A stretch of DNA of 64,000 nt from Macrostomum lignano (GCA_002269645.1 NIVC01001794.1:172790-236789); one strand, 5' to 3'; shown: positions 28,147-42,214, counted from the stretch's first letter. Program-made: numbers and translations. Notes: a model not told the origin generated them from the letters alone.

Positions 28147-31100
28147 ATGTCTCACATGTAAGTTGTTCTTGAAATTTATTATAAAATTTTCCTAAGATGA
28201 CAGCATTTGTTTTAGATCGCTTATTTTTACAGATAATGTTCTAATATTAACTCAACTACTTAACATGGGCAGCCTAATTTTGTCAGTTTTTACCAAAATC
28301 ATGAGAGGAAATGAAAGATATCACCGAGAATATAATTAAGTTTATTAATTTTTACGTACTTAAGAAACTTAGATAATCATATGATATTTCACTACCTTTT
28401 TTTAGTAATGTTTTTCTCATAGCTATTGTAATTATAATTACTTATTGAAATATTGTGTTTTAATCAAATAATTGGTACCATGATAAAATGATACGAAACT
28501 GATTCTTTAACAAAGGCGTTTTTTTTAATTTAAACTCATTGTCAATCAAGCTAGTAAAACCATGAACTATAATGACTATCACTCATTTCATTTAGAAAAC
28601 TTTTCACTTCAATGACAATTCTTGAACTTTGAAGCAGAATAAAGCACAAGGAGAGCTTAATTTTTGTAACAGACCCGAGTTTTTGTAACAAATCAAACTA
28701 TAATGTTCAAATATTCAGTTAAATATTATACAGTAACTTTATTTGCAGTTGTACATAGGAGATTACTACTTTTCCTAAAAAGGGAATTTTTTGTTATTTT
28801 CATTCATGTTAAATAATTTTGTAAAGAGATGAGGCTCTAAATATATGCAAAAATATTAAATTTTTATTTCACATATTTAGTATTCATTACTAAATATATA
28901 CATCTCAATACTAAAAATATCCATATACTAAAATGGTTTGTATGGTTCTTTAATTTTATATTCAGCATATTCTTCTTCTATTTACATATAAACAGAACCT
29001 ACAATAAGGAGTGGCGGGAGGCCCAGCAGGCCCTCGCTGACCTCTTCGAAAATGAGAAGCCACCGGAAGCTCAAAAACCTGAAAAGGTGAGATGGCACGC
29101 TGAATTTCCTTCTATTATAGTCTAAATAAATCACCAATTCCAATGCTTCTTATTCATATTTTTCTTCAGGACAAAGTGGCGTTCTTCCAGTTCCTCGCCA
29201 CCATGTACATCAAGTACATCCAGATCCTCCGCAAGCTGGAGGCCTGCTACGACCAGATTGTTCATCCGCAGAAGCGCCTGGTGCTGCGAAACGTCCTCGA
29301 CGGTGTCCTTGGCCGACTGCTCGAGCTCAAGCAGGAGATGGTGGACCTCGAGTGCCTGGAGTACCACTTCTTTGACGATATTTTGTCGGACCTGAAGCTA
29401 ACGCCGGTGAGGCTGTTGGGTTTAACGGTTGCAGGCGAAAAATTGGGCTGGTAGCCATTGGGCCGTTTTATTGGTTTCTGAGTTATTAGAACAGCATAAC
29501 CCCAAACTCTCAAAGCTGGTATTTAAAACTGGTATTTAACGTCACTCGTCTTCCAGAATGACGTCGAGATGCCGATTCCAAAGTACTTTGTGCTTGAGCA
29601 GGAGAAGAATCTTCGAGCTCGACAGCAGCTGCTTGGCCAAATTCTGGCCAAGATGGGGCCCAGCGAGAAGGAGGAGAAGGCGGCCGAGGTGAAGATGTCG
29701 CTGGAGGAGGCCATCCGCTTGGTGCAGGTGCACGAGCGCGCCAGGCAGGGCCGGCTGCGCGCCAAGTTCATGCGGGAGATCCGCGAGCAGGAGGAGAAGT
29801 CGCGGCAGGACGCCACCAGAGGCGCGCCGACACTTGACCCCGTGGACGCGGCCGTGCGGATTCAGAAGGTGCGCGGGGTCGGATGGAGCGGGGAGAGGAT
29901 TAATCTGTTATTTACGAGTGTATCAGGTGATGATGGTATCTAACATGTGACACAATCCCGTCTAACAGGTGACACGATCCTGTCTAACAGGTGACAAAAT
30001 CCTGTCTAACAGGTGACACAATCCTGTCTAACAGGTGACAAAATCCTGTTTAACAGGTGACAAAATCCTGTCTAACAGGTGACACAATCCTGGCTAACAG
30101 GTGACAAAATCCTGGCTAACAGGTGACAAAATCCTGTCTAACAGGTGACAAAATCCTGTCTAACAGGTGACACAATCCTGGCTAACAGGTGACAAAATCA
30201 TGTTTAACAGGTGACAAAATCCTGTCTAACAGGTGACAAAATCCTGTTTAACAGGTGACACAATCCTGGCTAACAGGTGACACAATCCTGGCTAACAGGT
30301 GACACAATCCTGGCTAACAGGTATCACAGTCCTGTTCAACAGTCAAAACTCCTCTCTAAGACAATGACACAACCGAATAAAAACGTCTTATATTTCTAAA
30401 AGTGCATGCTAGAGATTAAACAAGCGCTAATATATTTATCCGCCCAATTTTCCCAAAAAAAAATCGAACACCCGATTGCAGCACTGGAAAGGTTTTTGTA
30501 CCAGAAAATTTTCCCGGCGGGAACGCGACGAAGAGATGGTGTTCATCGGCATGGTGAATTCCGGCAGCCTGTTTCTCTAGATGTTGTGTTGTACTTTTAT
30601 TCTTAGTCCATTTTTCACTGCTTGTAGTGTTTTTTATGTTGTGCATCTGTTTTGTTATTATTTCATTTAATTAATGTTGTGCTCCCACTTTACTCAACAC
30701 TGACAGCTGTGGCGCGGAGTGATGATTCGTAGAAAAGTCACTCGACTCCGAGATGACGAATTCGTCTGGCTTGGAATGGTAAAGTATTGGCACGGGACTC
30801 TGATTGAATAGCAGCTTGTTGGCTAAAACTGCGCTTTAATCCGTGGTGATTGATTTTCTAACTGGTCTCCTGATTGCTAGGATTCTGCATGAGTTGCTTA
30901 TGCGGCGCGAACAATAACGCACTATATATATGAAGCGATAACGCGCCTCTCGCTCTCCCCGGTAAAGCATCCGTGTGTGCGTGTGTGTTCTCCGAGGTCA
31001 GCGGAATGGGTCGACTGTCGCCTTACACTCAATTAACGAACTGTAACTTTAATAAACTATTATAAATATTGGTAAAGAACCGCTATAATTTGATACTCAC

Positions 31101-34100
31101 TTCGTAATGAAGGCTCTTAACAGCAACATTCACTCATTGATTGTCAATCTTCATTTAACGCTTTTCCAATACAACTTGTACAGCTTTTCTCAGCCTAAGT
31201 AAAACATCAAAATCTCATCAAACAATGTCACTTTCCCGCAGAACCCACCAGCTCAGTTCCTGACCGCCAAGAAGTCAACAGCACAGGTGCATGCTCTGAA
31301 GGTGCAGGACATGCGCCGGGTCACCCAGTCGATGCACAGGCAGGAGTACGACCAGGCGCTCGTCACCATCAAGGAGAAGCTGCGCGAGACTGAAGGCCCC
31401 GACATGAAGGAGACAATGCAGGACCAGATCCGGCAGTGGTTTCTGGAGTGCCGAGATGCCACGGGCAAATTTCCAGACTACCCTGACGGAGAGGAGGGCA
31501 GCGCGGAGCTGTTCAAGCAGAAGAGCGTGGCGGAGCTGGAGCGCGAGCTCAAGGAGAAGGTGCGGGACTCCGCTTCTGCTGCTTGCTTTTTTGTCCGGGA
31601 AACTTGGCACAGTCTCCTGCTCCTGTTTGATGTTCGATTTAACACTTGTCTCCATTTGTTCTCAATCTAAACCCATTATCAAGGAGGAAGGCGGCGGCAA
31701 AGGCAAGGGCGGCAAGAAAGGCAAAAAGGGCGGAAAAAGCGGCGGCAAGAAGGGCAAAGACGCCAAAGGCAAGAAAGGCGGCAAGGGCAAGAAAGGCAAA
31801 AAGGACGACGTAAGTTTCAGTGGATGTTTTAAATACGAGCGTACTGGAATTTCTATTTTGCTTCCTGTGCTGTTTGGCTTCCCTGTCTGTTAGTCGGTAG
31901 GATTTCTTTGTGTGGCATGTGGGGTGGGGGTTTGTGGGGTAGGGGTTTGTGGGGTAGGGGTTTGTGGGGTAGGGGCTTTTAGAGTGGGGGTTGTGGGGTT
32001 GGGTTTTGTGGGGTGTGGGTTTGTGGGGTGAGGGTTTGTGAGGTGGGGGTTTTTGGGGTGAGGGTTTGTGGGGTGGGGGTTTGTGGGGTGAGGGTTTGTG
32101 GGGTGGGTTTGTGGGGTGTGGGGTTGTGGGGTGAGGATTTGTGGGGTGAGGGTTTGTGGGGTGGGGTTTAGTCTTTAGGTGAGGGTTTGTGGGGTGGGGG
32201 TTTGTGGGGTGGGGGTTTGTAGGGTGAGGGTTTGTGGGGTGAGGGTTTGTGGGGTAGGGGTTTGTGGGGGAAGGCGTTTGTGGGGTAGGGGTTAGTGGGG
32301 TGGGAGTTTGTAGGGTGGTGGTTTGTGGGGCATCGTTTTTGGTCGCAGTTGCTCGTACTTATTCTTAGTTTGTGGGTTGGCTAAGAATATTTGAACTATT
32401 TGACCTTTCTTGCTCATAAAAATCCACAGGACGATGACGAAGGCCTAAAGATGAAGGAGTCGAAATTCACGGGCGATATCGGCAGGGCTATGCAGGAGTA
32501 CGAGAGTAAGTGCATTGGCACTCGCCGATAGAATTCGTTTTTTATAACGCCGTTTTTTATAACAAAAAATCTAAGTTTTTTATTTCAATTCACCACATGC
32601 AGGCATCTGGAAGCTGAGAGACGAGTCGGACAATTTCCAGCAGAAGCACGACTCCGAACTCATCAAGGAGGCCAAGCGGGTTGAGGTTGAACGGGAGATC
32701 CGTCAGCAAGTTGACGAGCTGATGCGCCAGGAGCTGCAGAACCTCAAGGTGGCCATCGACAAGGAGAAAGTTCGCAAAGGCAAAAAGTCCGGCAAGAAGA
32801 AGAAGGGCAAGAAGGGTGAGCGCGAGAAAAGATTTACATTCGCGCCAATTTTCTTTGTTAAAACGGTTCCGTATTTCAGTTTTCTAAGAAAATCTTAGCG
32901 CACTTTTTCGAATTCTGATTCCAGGAAAGAAAGGCAAGAAGGGTAAATGACTGCTCGCTAACAGTTTTGCACTCTGTTGTTAGTCTCATGTACTTTTAGC
33001 CTCTCATACACTTTAAGTGTAAATTACGCGCGGACTTTTCAATTTTCTTAGATATCCAATCAACGGTCAATAAATTTGCATTATTTTCAGGCAAGAAGGG
33101 TAAAAAAGGAAAGAAAGGTACAAATATGTAGACACATGTTCGACTCGTTTTTTTCCGCATTCTGATCACAAAATTTCTGTGTTAGTCTTTAGAAGATATT
33201 TTGAGTCGTAGTATATCTTATCAAAGTGTATTGTTTATGCAATTTAATGCTAAAACATGCTATCTATAGCTTTAGAAGATATCTAACAAAATGTTTATAA
33301 AACACACATGCAGTCAGGATACGCATGCGTTCCAATCAAAGTCAGTAGATGCCGAAACTTTATAAAGCAAGCAAGTTAGAGCTGAAAATTATCAACTTAT
33401 CTAACCGAAATTACCTAAAAATAAAGTTTCCTAGAAAAAAATTGATTTACATGTATTCGAATTTTAAATGATTAACAGGTAAGAAGTCTGGCAAGAAGGG
33501 CAAAAAGGGCAAGAAGGAGAAGGACCTGACACCCGACTCAACTATTGAGGAGCTGTTCGAGGAGCTCGTGATGAATGGCATTATCAAGAAGGTGAGCACC
33601 GAGCTTCTTTTGCCAGTGTTCTGATGTTCATCTTCTTATGTACGCATTTGCATGTAACATTTCCATGTAAAACTAGTGAATTCGTCATTCTCTTCACATT
33701 CTGATGCACTTCCTCGTGTACACATCCTCATGTACACATTATCATGTACCCATCCTCATGTACACATCCTCACGTACACATCATTATGTACCCATCCGCA
33801 TGTACACATCCTCATGTACACATCCTCACGTACACATCCTCACGTACACATCCTCACGTACACATCCTCATGCAGCACGTCCTCATGTACACATCCTCGT
33901 GTACGCATCCTCATTTACACATCATCATGTACCATCCTCATGTACAAATCCTCGTGTACACATCCTCATGTACACATCCTCATGTACACATCCTCACGTA
34001 CACATCCTCATGCAGCACGTCCTCATGTACGCGTCCTCATGTACGCATCCCCATGTACCCATCCTCACGTACACATCTTCATGTATACAAATGTACACAT

Positions 34101-36041
34101 ACTCACGTAGACATTCTAATGTGCTCACTCTCGATGGACTCTGCTTCCCCAGGTGCCCAAGGTCAGCATGGCGGACTACGAAGGCGAGTACAACTACTTG
34201 GGCACCACTCTGAAGCAGGCCAACTTGGAACCGATGCCATCCTTAGCGGACGTGAGGCGCACCGTGTCAGAGCTGGCCTGCCTGCCCATGGGCTCCGAGG
34301 TGGTGCACAAGAGTGCGCCTCTCGTTAAAAGCCTCTTACTCGCTGGGCCGTCCGGTATCGGCAAGAAGATGCTGGTGCACGCCATCTGCACGGAAACCGG
34401 AGCAAATCTGTTCGACCTGTCGGCTACCAACTTGGCGGGAAAATATCCTGGCAAGGACGGCCTGCGGAGGCTGATGCACCTCATCTTCAAGGTAGGCACT
34501 TTTTTAGCTCTCTTCTACTATATTTTATTAAGAACTAATTTGACCGATAAGTATCGAAAACTAATTTGACTAATATGTATCGAAAACTAATTTAACCGAT
34601 ATGTATCAAAAACTAATTTCACCGATATGTATCGAAACTAATTTTGCCGATATGTATCGAAAACTATTTCGACAGATAAGTATTCACAAGTGATAGTGAA
34701 TCAATAATATCTTCAATTCCGACAGGTGGGCCGAGCCTTGCAGCCAAGCGTCTTCCTAATAGACGACTGCGACAAGATGTTCAAGAAGAAGATTCCCAAG
34801 AGCGACACCGTGAGTTTTTTAGTATTTTATTTTTTGCTAAATATTCCGCAAGAAATGCGTCGATTCTACTTAAAGTAAAATGTAAAATATATTATGTAGA
34901 ATTTTACGTTCTCTACACAGGATTCAGAGTCGATAAAAATCCAGTAAAAATATGTACTGCTAATGGCATTTGTGAGGGTATGAACGAATTCCTGGAGCAA
35001 CTTCTCACTTGTCGTCACGGAAAAAAACAAAAAAATATTTTGGCAGATGAAGTCACCAACTGTTTTTACAATTTTTCAATGTCACGTTTCCTAAGAGATG
35101 TTTTATTTGCGCTGCCATTAACTTCGACAATATTCGTAAATTAACCGAAGACTTTCCAATTAATCCTCAGTCCGACCCCAAGCGTCTGAAGAAGGAGCTG
35201 CCGAAGGCCATGAAGAATGTCAAGGTCGACGATCGGCTTCTGCTGGTTGGCTGCTCGCGTTCGCCCTGGGAGGCCGAAGTGAAACCGTTCTGCAGCCTCT
35301 ACCAGCGCATCCTGCTCATCCCCAGGCCGGATTATGCGTCCAGGCACCGTGAGTGCTGCTGGCTGGGGTTTACAGGAGCTTAGAGACACCAACCGGACAT
35401 TGTCGGGATCAGATCTATTAGGAGAGACAACAAACCAGATGAAATTTTTTGGGATGGATCTATGGGAGAGACACCAACCCGGATGTACATTGTCCGGGTG
35501 AGATCTATGGGGAGAGACACCAACCCGGATGTACATTGTCCGGGTGAGATCTATGGGGAGAGACACCAACCCGGATGTACATTGTCGGGATGAGATCTAT
35601 GGGGAGAGATGTAATGCACTGTTGCACCGATTAGAGATTTCGCGCACTCCAAACGCACTCCCCGCAGTGATCTGGCGCCGTCTCCTAGCCAAGCACAATG
35701 GCATCATCACCGGCGCCCTTGATGTGAGCACCCTGGCCAAGGTGACGGACGGCAACACGATGGGGCAGATCAAGCTGTGCTGCGAGGAGATTCTCACCGA
35801 GCGCCGTCTGGCCCAGATGGCCAAGCGGCCGCTGACCACCCAGGAGTTCATCCCGGTCATCGCCCGCCGCGAGTTCGTCCACTCCGAGGAGGAGGAGGCC
35901 TTCAAGAAGTGGTACGACAGGACGCCCCTCGGCAAGAAGCGGGCGAAGGCGATCGCAGCAGACGAGGAGGAGGCCCAGGGCGGCGGCAAGGGCAAGGGAA
36001 AGGGCAAAGGAAAGGGCGGCAAGAAGGGCAAGAAGAAGTGA
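28147..36041 (+). CDS. IQCA1: IQ motif and AAA-domain protein 1 / dynein regulatory complex subunit 11
   Basis: About 17 exons. MSHITYNKEW (28147-28157 + 28996...), [43 protein letters not shown], Walker [11 protein letters not shown], Walker [10 protein letters not shown]-terminal [12 protein letters not shown]...GKKGKKK; collinear with human IQCA1. Confidence 0.96.
29945..30322. repeat. 22-bp intronic minisatellite (TAACAGGTGACA[A/C]AATCCTGTC)
   Basis: About 17 tandem copies. Confidence 0.96.
31915..32325. repeat. G-rich ~15-bp intronic minisatellite (GGGGTGAGGGTTTGT)
   Basis: Degenerate tandem array of G-runs. Confidence 0.93.
33715..34105. repeat. 14-bp intronic minisatellite (TACACATCCTCATG)
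   Basis: Degenerate tandem array; explains the His/Thr-rich ORFs. Confidence 0.93.
35395..35630. repeat. ~46-bp intronic tandem repeat
   Basis: GAGATCTATGGGGAGAGACACCAACCCGGATGTACATTGTCCGGGT, about 4-5 copies. Confidence 0.9.
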
Positions 36042-36379
36042 GCAGAACCGATCCATTGAGAGCCAAGAAAGTCTCACTCAGAGCTCGCTTGCTGAGCAAA
36101 GTTGTACTGAGTACGCCGATTTTTATTACTTCTGCTTGCATGTTTTTGTTTCACTCCGCTATCGTCCATTCGTGTTTTAAATTTATCTGCAACAGCAAAC
36201 AAGCTGGTGACTGTGAGCAAGTTTGTTCGTTTTTAAATTTATTGAAGATTTAATAAAAAATAACAGAAACACGAAAGTTTTTCCGGCTTTCTAATGCGAA
36301 CTATAAACACAATCAATTTGTTTTCTTGTTGCAGACGGCCTTTAAAACTTTTTTACCACCATCCCTAACATTACTAACC

Positions 36380-37118
36380 TAACAGCCCCCTCCCCAACAG
36401 CCCCCTCCTCAACAGCCCCCTCCCCAACAGCCCCCTCCCCAACAGCCCCCTCCTCAACAGCCCCCTCCCCAATAGCCCCCTCCCCAACAGCCCCCTCCTC
36501 AACAGCCCCCTCCCCAACAGCCCCCTCCCCAACAGCCCCCTCCCCAACAGCCCCCTCCCCAACAGCCTCCTCCCCAACAGCCCCCTCCCCATCAGCCCCC
36601 TCCCCAACAGCTCCCTCCCCAACAGCCCCCTCCCCAACAACCTCCTCCCCAACAGCCCCCTCCCCAACAGCCCCTCCCCAACAGCTCCCTCCCCAACAGC
36701 CCCCTCCCCAACAGCCCCCTCCTCAACAGCCCCCTCCCCAACAGCCCCCTCCCCAACAGCCCCCTCCTCAACAGCCCCTCCCCAATAGCCCCCTCCCCAA
36801 CAGCCCCCTCCTCAACAGCCCCCTCCCCAACAGCCCCTCCCCAACAGCCCCTCCCCAACAGCCTCCTCCCCAACAGCCTCCTCCCCAACAGCCCCCTCCC
36901 CATCAGCCCCCTCCCCAACAGCTCCCTCCCCAACAGCCCCCTCCCCAACAACCTCCTCCCCAACAGCCCCTCCCCAACAGCTCCCTCCCCAACAGCCCCC
37001 TCCCCAACAGCCCCTCCCCAACAGCTCCCTCCCCAACAGCCTCCTCCCCAACAGCCTCCTCCCCAACAGCCCCCTCCCCAACAGCCCCCTCCCCAACAAC
37101 CTCCTCCCCAACAACCTC
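36380..37118. repeat. C-rich 15-bp minisatellite (CCCCAACAGCCCCCT)
   Basis: About 50 copies just downstream of the IQCA1 3' end. Confidence 0.97.
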
Positions 37119-37502
37119 CTTAACGGCGTACTTTAAGAGGCCACTAGACGCGTTTAAGACGTCGAAACTGAACGGACGCCAAGAAAAATGGCGGCTTATT
37201 GGGTTACCAAGCGACGCATGAAAACAGATAAACACTACTCTGTACAAAAGCACTATCGTTGAGTGAGTAGCCATAATAATCTCTCACGCGAACAAACTTA
37301 AGACGAAGAAATCTTGTTTCTCTTTAGTCTAGCAGACACCAGAATGGCGCTAGCCCTTGGAAGGCAGCATTCCTGCTCGATACACAGACTACAAAAACTA
37401 TACCATCAGCTCCGCTTATAGGAGAAGCGCCATCTTCTAAGTTTGACTTTGCACTACTCCCCAAACAGACAGGTCTCGAACTTGCAGGCTTACAGGCTTG
37501 TC

Positions 37503-37503
37503 C

Positions 37504-37575
<72 letters not shown>

Positions 37576-37600
37576 TAGTGTCTGTCTGCCTGTCTTTCTT
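37503..37600. repeat. (GTCT)n microsatellite
   Basis: Direct run. Confidence 0.95.
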
Positions 37601-38264
37601 AGTGCCTGATCTGTGTTTCTGTCTGGCTGTTGCGATACAAAGAATTTCTCGATTTTCCAAGCCCTAAACGAGTTTGTGCTTCCTGTTTATTCATCATTTC
37701 TGCTTACATTTTACCCGAACGATTCTAGATTATTTGGACTTTATGACTTTATCACGCTTATGTAAAATTCTAAATTAGAAACGGCGCACACTGATGTCAT
37801 TGCCGTTTTCAGCCACCCATGCGTGAATATTGGCTAGGAAAAGTAAACAAAACCAGCGTCCAGCAATAAACAAAGCGACTGCTGCAAGTCCACCGCAGTA
37901 AACAGGATATGCCGACAACTTGAATACGTATAGGTTTAAAAAATCGGTGAAGATTTTCTGCTTAGCTAGCTGTATACATGTACGATATATTGGAAAAGGA
38001 AAATTATGGCCCTTCTAAATTCGAGAAATATTGATAATACCTTCCTACTGAGGCAGAGATCGGCAAAAGTTATTATCTCAAGGGTCAGGTAAAGAATCCA
38101 GCTCATGGCTGCGGGTATGATGAGAGAGGAAAGGAAAAGGAATAGAGGTGAGAGAAGGGGAAGAAGAAACTGAGAGATAAGAGAAGAGAGAGGCGATAGA
38201 CGAGAAAGGAGAAAAGAGGAGAGAAAAGAGATGAGGGGAGGGAAGAGAGGAAGGAGGGGAGAGA

Positions 38265-38378
38265 AGAGGGTAGAGAAGAGGGTAGAGAAGAGGGTAGAGA
38301 AGAGGGTAGAGAAGAGGGTAGAGAAGAGGGTAGAGAAGAGGGCAGAGAAGAGGGCAGAGAAGAGGGCAGAGAAGAGGG
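38265..38378. repeat. 12-bp repeat (GAGAAGAGGG[T/C]A) in a purine-rich tract
   Basis: About 9 copies. Confidence 0.92.
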
Positions 38379-38711
38379 GAAAGAGGAGGGAAAGAGCTGA
38401 GAAGAGACATGCATTTTGAGCGGGCTGGGTTGCTATTTTGAAGTTGCAAAGTGCTCGAGGGCCGGATAGATAGGCATGTGCCAGGAGATTACCAGCCCCT
38501 GTTTAATATAAAAATCGAATAGGAAATTTAGGTAATTAGGTTGCCGTAATGCTGAGAGCTCGCACAGTCTGTAGCCAGAACACTTTCTGGTCGTTCGACG
38601 AACGCGCAGTTCGTTTTACAACAGCGAGCAGCCGGAACTCCTAAAAAGATGGTTAAAATTCGAAAAACTGGATGCAAACTTGAAGCAGGTACTGAACGTT
38701 TTTTAGAACAG

Positions 38712-39515
38712 TCAAATACAAATGTCGAGACAAAATGCCCAGATCCCTCTTGTGTTATAAATCAAGTCAAGGGGATATAAAATTGGAATTCCTGGAAATG
38801 GAATTTGACTCACTGTCGCCTGGACTGCTCCCGCTGCATCTCCGAGCGGATGGCCATCAGCGGGCTCAGGTAGTTCCTGTTGAGCCAGCCCTGCGTGTAG
38901 GCCATGACCTCGATCAGCTGCTGGCCCCTGCCCGCCTGTCGCTGCAGGGCCATCATCTCGGCGCCGCCAGCTCGAATGCCGAGGGCCGTGACTGTCTCCG
39001 TCAGCGAGGAGAACTTCAAGAATACGTTGCTCTTCCCGTCGGGTAGGCTGGACACGGGGATGAACACCGGCCTGTTGTGTCAAGTTTTTAAAGCTTCGAA
39101 AATGTAAAAAGTGAATGAGCACGCACACTTATACGCACACAGGCGCACATGCTCTCATACGATGTGCAATACAGGCAACTTCATAACAAAATCGTTCTTA
39201 TTACGAGTATTAATGGTCCTTGGCTAGAAATAACAAAACCCAGTGCAGTCACCCCGGTACAGTCTCCACTTACACTTTATCAGGCGTGAGCTCCACGGCT
39301 AGGCCAATAACCAAGAGCCTTTCCCGTTGGGTCAGGCTGCGGTACAGCCTGTAGTTGGTGAAGTTGGCTGGCACGCAGTCGCCCAGCAGGCAGGAGATGC
39401 AGTGCAGGTAGTACATCAGCCTGGCCACATTGTCGTTTGGTACGTCTACCGTAGTGCCAGAGTTTTCAATGCGCAGTCGTTGGTTCTCAAATTGGGCAAG
39501 AGCTAACTGACTCAT
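38712..39515 (-). CDS. uncharacterised ~180-aa family, copy A
   Basis: Exon 1 39515-39274 (MSQLALAQFENQRLRIE...RLMYYLHCISCLLGDC...TPDKV), phase-2 intron, exon 2 39071-38814 (PVFIPVSSLPDGKSNVFLKFSSL...WLNRNYLSPL). The last exon is uncertain (possibly ...GIWAFCLDICI* ending 38712). Confidence 0.8.
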
Positions 39516-39914
39516 GGCGGCTTGTTTGGCAAGTTGACTTGGGCACCTGTAGAGGTTTTTAATCGTTTTTACCTCATTTTACCCGTTTTTATAGGCTAAA
39601 ATGTTTCGCCACTCGAGATTCGATGCTTGGGTGCAAGCAAACCAGTTAATGCATAAATAAACTGCTGTACTAATTAATCATTTTTGTTTTTGTGCGCGAG
39701 GTAAACCGTCTGTTTATTATAGTTTGTGCAATATAAAAATATGAGTACAATCTAGTCTCTAGATCTCTAGAATCTAGAGATGAGGAGGAAAAGAGAGATG
39801 AAAGGAGAGAAGGGGGATGGAGGGAGAGAAGAGAAAGAAAGCGAAGAAGAGACAAACATTGAGCAAGCCGCATTGCTATTGTGAAGTTTCAATCGACCCG
39901 AGGCCGGATAGAGA

Positions 39915-39964
39915 GGCTTTGCGCGCCGCATGCGGTCCGCGGGCCGGGGTTTGCCGACCCCTGG
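39915..39964 (-). mobile_element. single end of a hAT/Charlie-like DNA transposon
   Basis: Reverse complement CAGGGGTCGGCAAACCCCGGCCCGCGGACCGCATGCGGC resembles Charlie/MER58-type termini; the partner end was not found. Confidence 0.5.
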
Positions 39965-40781
39965 TTCAGTACTGTTGCGCCCGGGTGCACTTGCACCGAT
40001 GAGCAATCTCTGGCTCTCGGTCAAGTGTGCCCGACACTGCACTCCCACCCCTCCCGGCCGCTTACCTGCGCCAAGCCCCCCGTTCCGTCTGCGTCAACCC
40101 CCCCCCCAGTTGCACCCACCCCACTGTCTGTTAGGTCAGCCGGTTTTGGCTGGCTGCGGCTCCAGTGCGCCCCCTCAATCGCCCTGCGATTGGCTGGTGG
40201 TCCAGCTAATCGGTTTGTATTCTTTCCCCCTCCAATCGCGACCCCGACTTTGTAACTTTTATAAGACGATCGTAATTTTGGCTAGCTGGGCCTGGGGTAG
40301 CGATACCCCAGGGCTTAACCAGCTAGCGTAAATACAAATGTGTGCAGGAGCGGCGGTAGGGGAGGCATCTTTTTGGTTGAATTGTGCAAGACACAGCCAT
40401 AAGTTCTAGTATTGCAATCAGACCCGAAGTTATACTCGGTTACTCAGAAGTTACCCAGCCAGAACTGAAGAGCGAAGTTGAGAGAAGCCACAGAATATAC
40501 ACAGAATGGTGTTATCAAAAAATACACGTGCAGGCAGCACAAGCTAATCGAAAAGTCTTTTACGCTTATCCTTATCTCTTTACATTGACTTTTAATACAT
40601 ATAGCCTAGGGCGCTTAGCTTAATCTACGTCAATTTAATTGCACTACTTTTCGCCACCTCATCATTAGTAGTCTATGAACATTTTATTCCGATAACTAGT
40701 TTAAGAGCTAATTCACCATTCTGTGTATATTCTGTGTCCCTTACTGCCGTCGCCGCTGCTTCGTGAAGATAAAAGAGTGAG

Positions 40782-41525
<744 letters not shown>

Positions 41526-42214
41526 CAGTTAGCTGGAAATACTCCTAGGGATTAAAGCGGCTCATTTGCTCTCAGCTGTCCCCCACCATATTCCCCACAT
41601 TTACTCACATATCCTCAGATCTATACTTATCTCTATCCAATAATCCTCACTTTTACCCACCAACACCTTTAATCACCCATTCCCACCTCTAATCATGACT
41701 TCTATCCATCCTTACCCACCATTCTCAACCCTCCTAACTGAAACTTCGCTAACAAAGAGCTGTCTGTTCATCCGTTTTAAAACGAACTTCCGGATTCAGG
41801 AGCGTAGGGGCTCACATATTCAAATGGAGGCAAACTGGACCCAGTTTTGGTATTGCAACGAGCGATGTAAAAAGAGCGATGTAAAAAGAGCGATGTAATT
41901 ATTAATTATTACCAAATTCACTTGAAGAAAAGGAGTAAAACAGGATTAACCGAAAGGCAACAATCACCCCAATAACACGAAAATGTTTATTTAATTAAAC
42001 GATACAGAATACAGCAGCAGAATTCAATCAGGCCTTCACCAATCTGCAATAGATTTGCTTTCAGAAAAGTTACATTCCGATCTGTAAGCAGTCATTTCAC
42101 TTTTCAGCCTACAGCAGAGTGCAGCCTGAGCTTGAATTTCTGCAACAAAATATAGGCGGTGAGAGAATCAAGCAATTCCTGCTATTCATTGTCTGTGGCT
42201 CAACAATGAAGTTA

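Noticed and set aside
34330-34375. Walker A GPSGIGKK lacking Ser/Thr as a lineage-specific inactivation
   Set aside because: As I recall, human IQCA1 also has GKKM, so this is a family trait.
39075-39270. Extra microexon in the first intron of the unnamed family
   Set aside because: Candidate acceptors give stops or the wrong phase; exon 1 joins exon 2 in frame in A, C and E without it.
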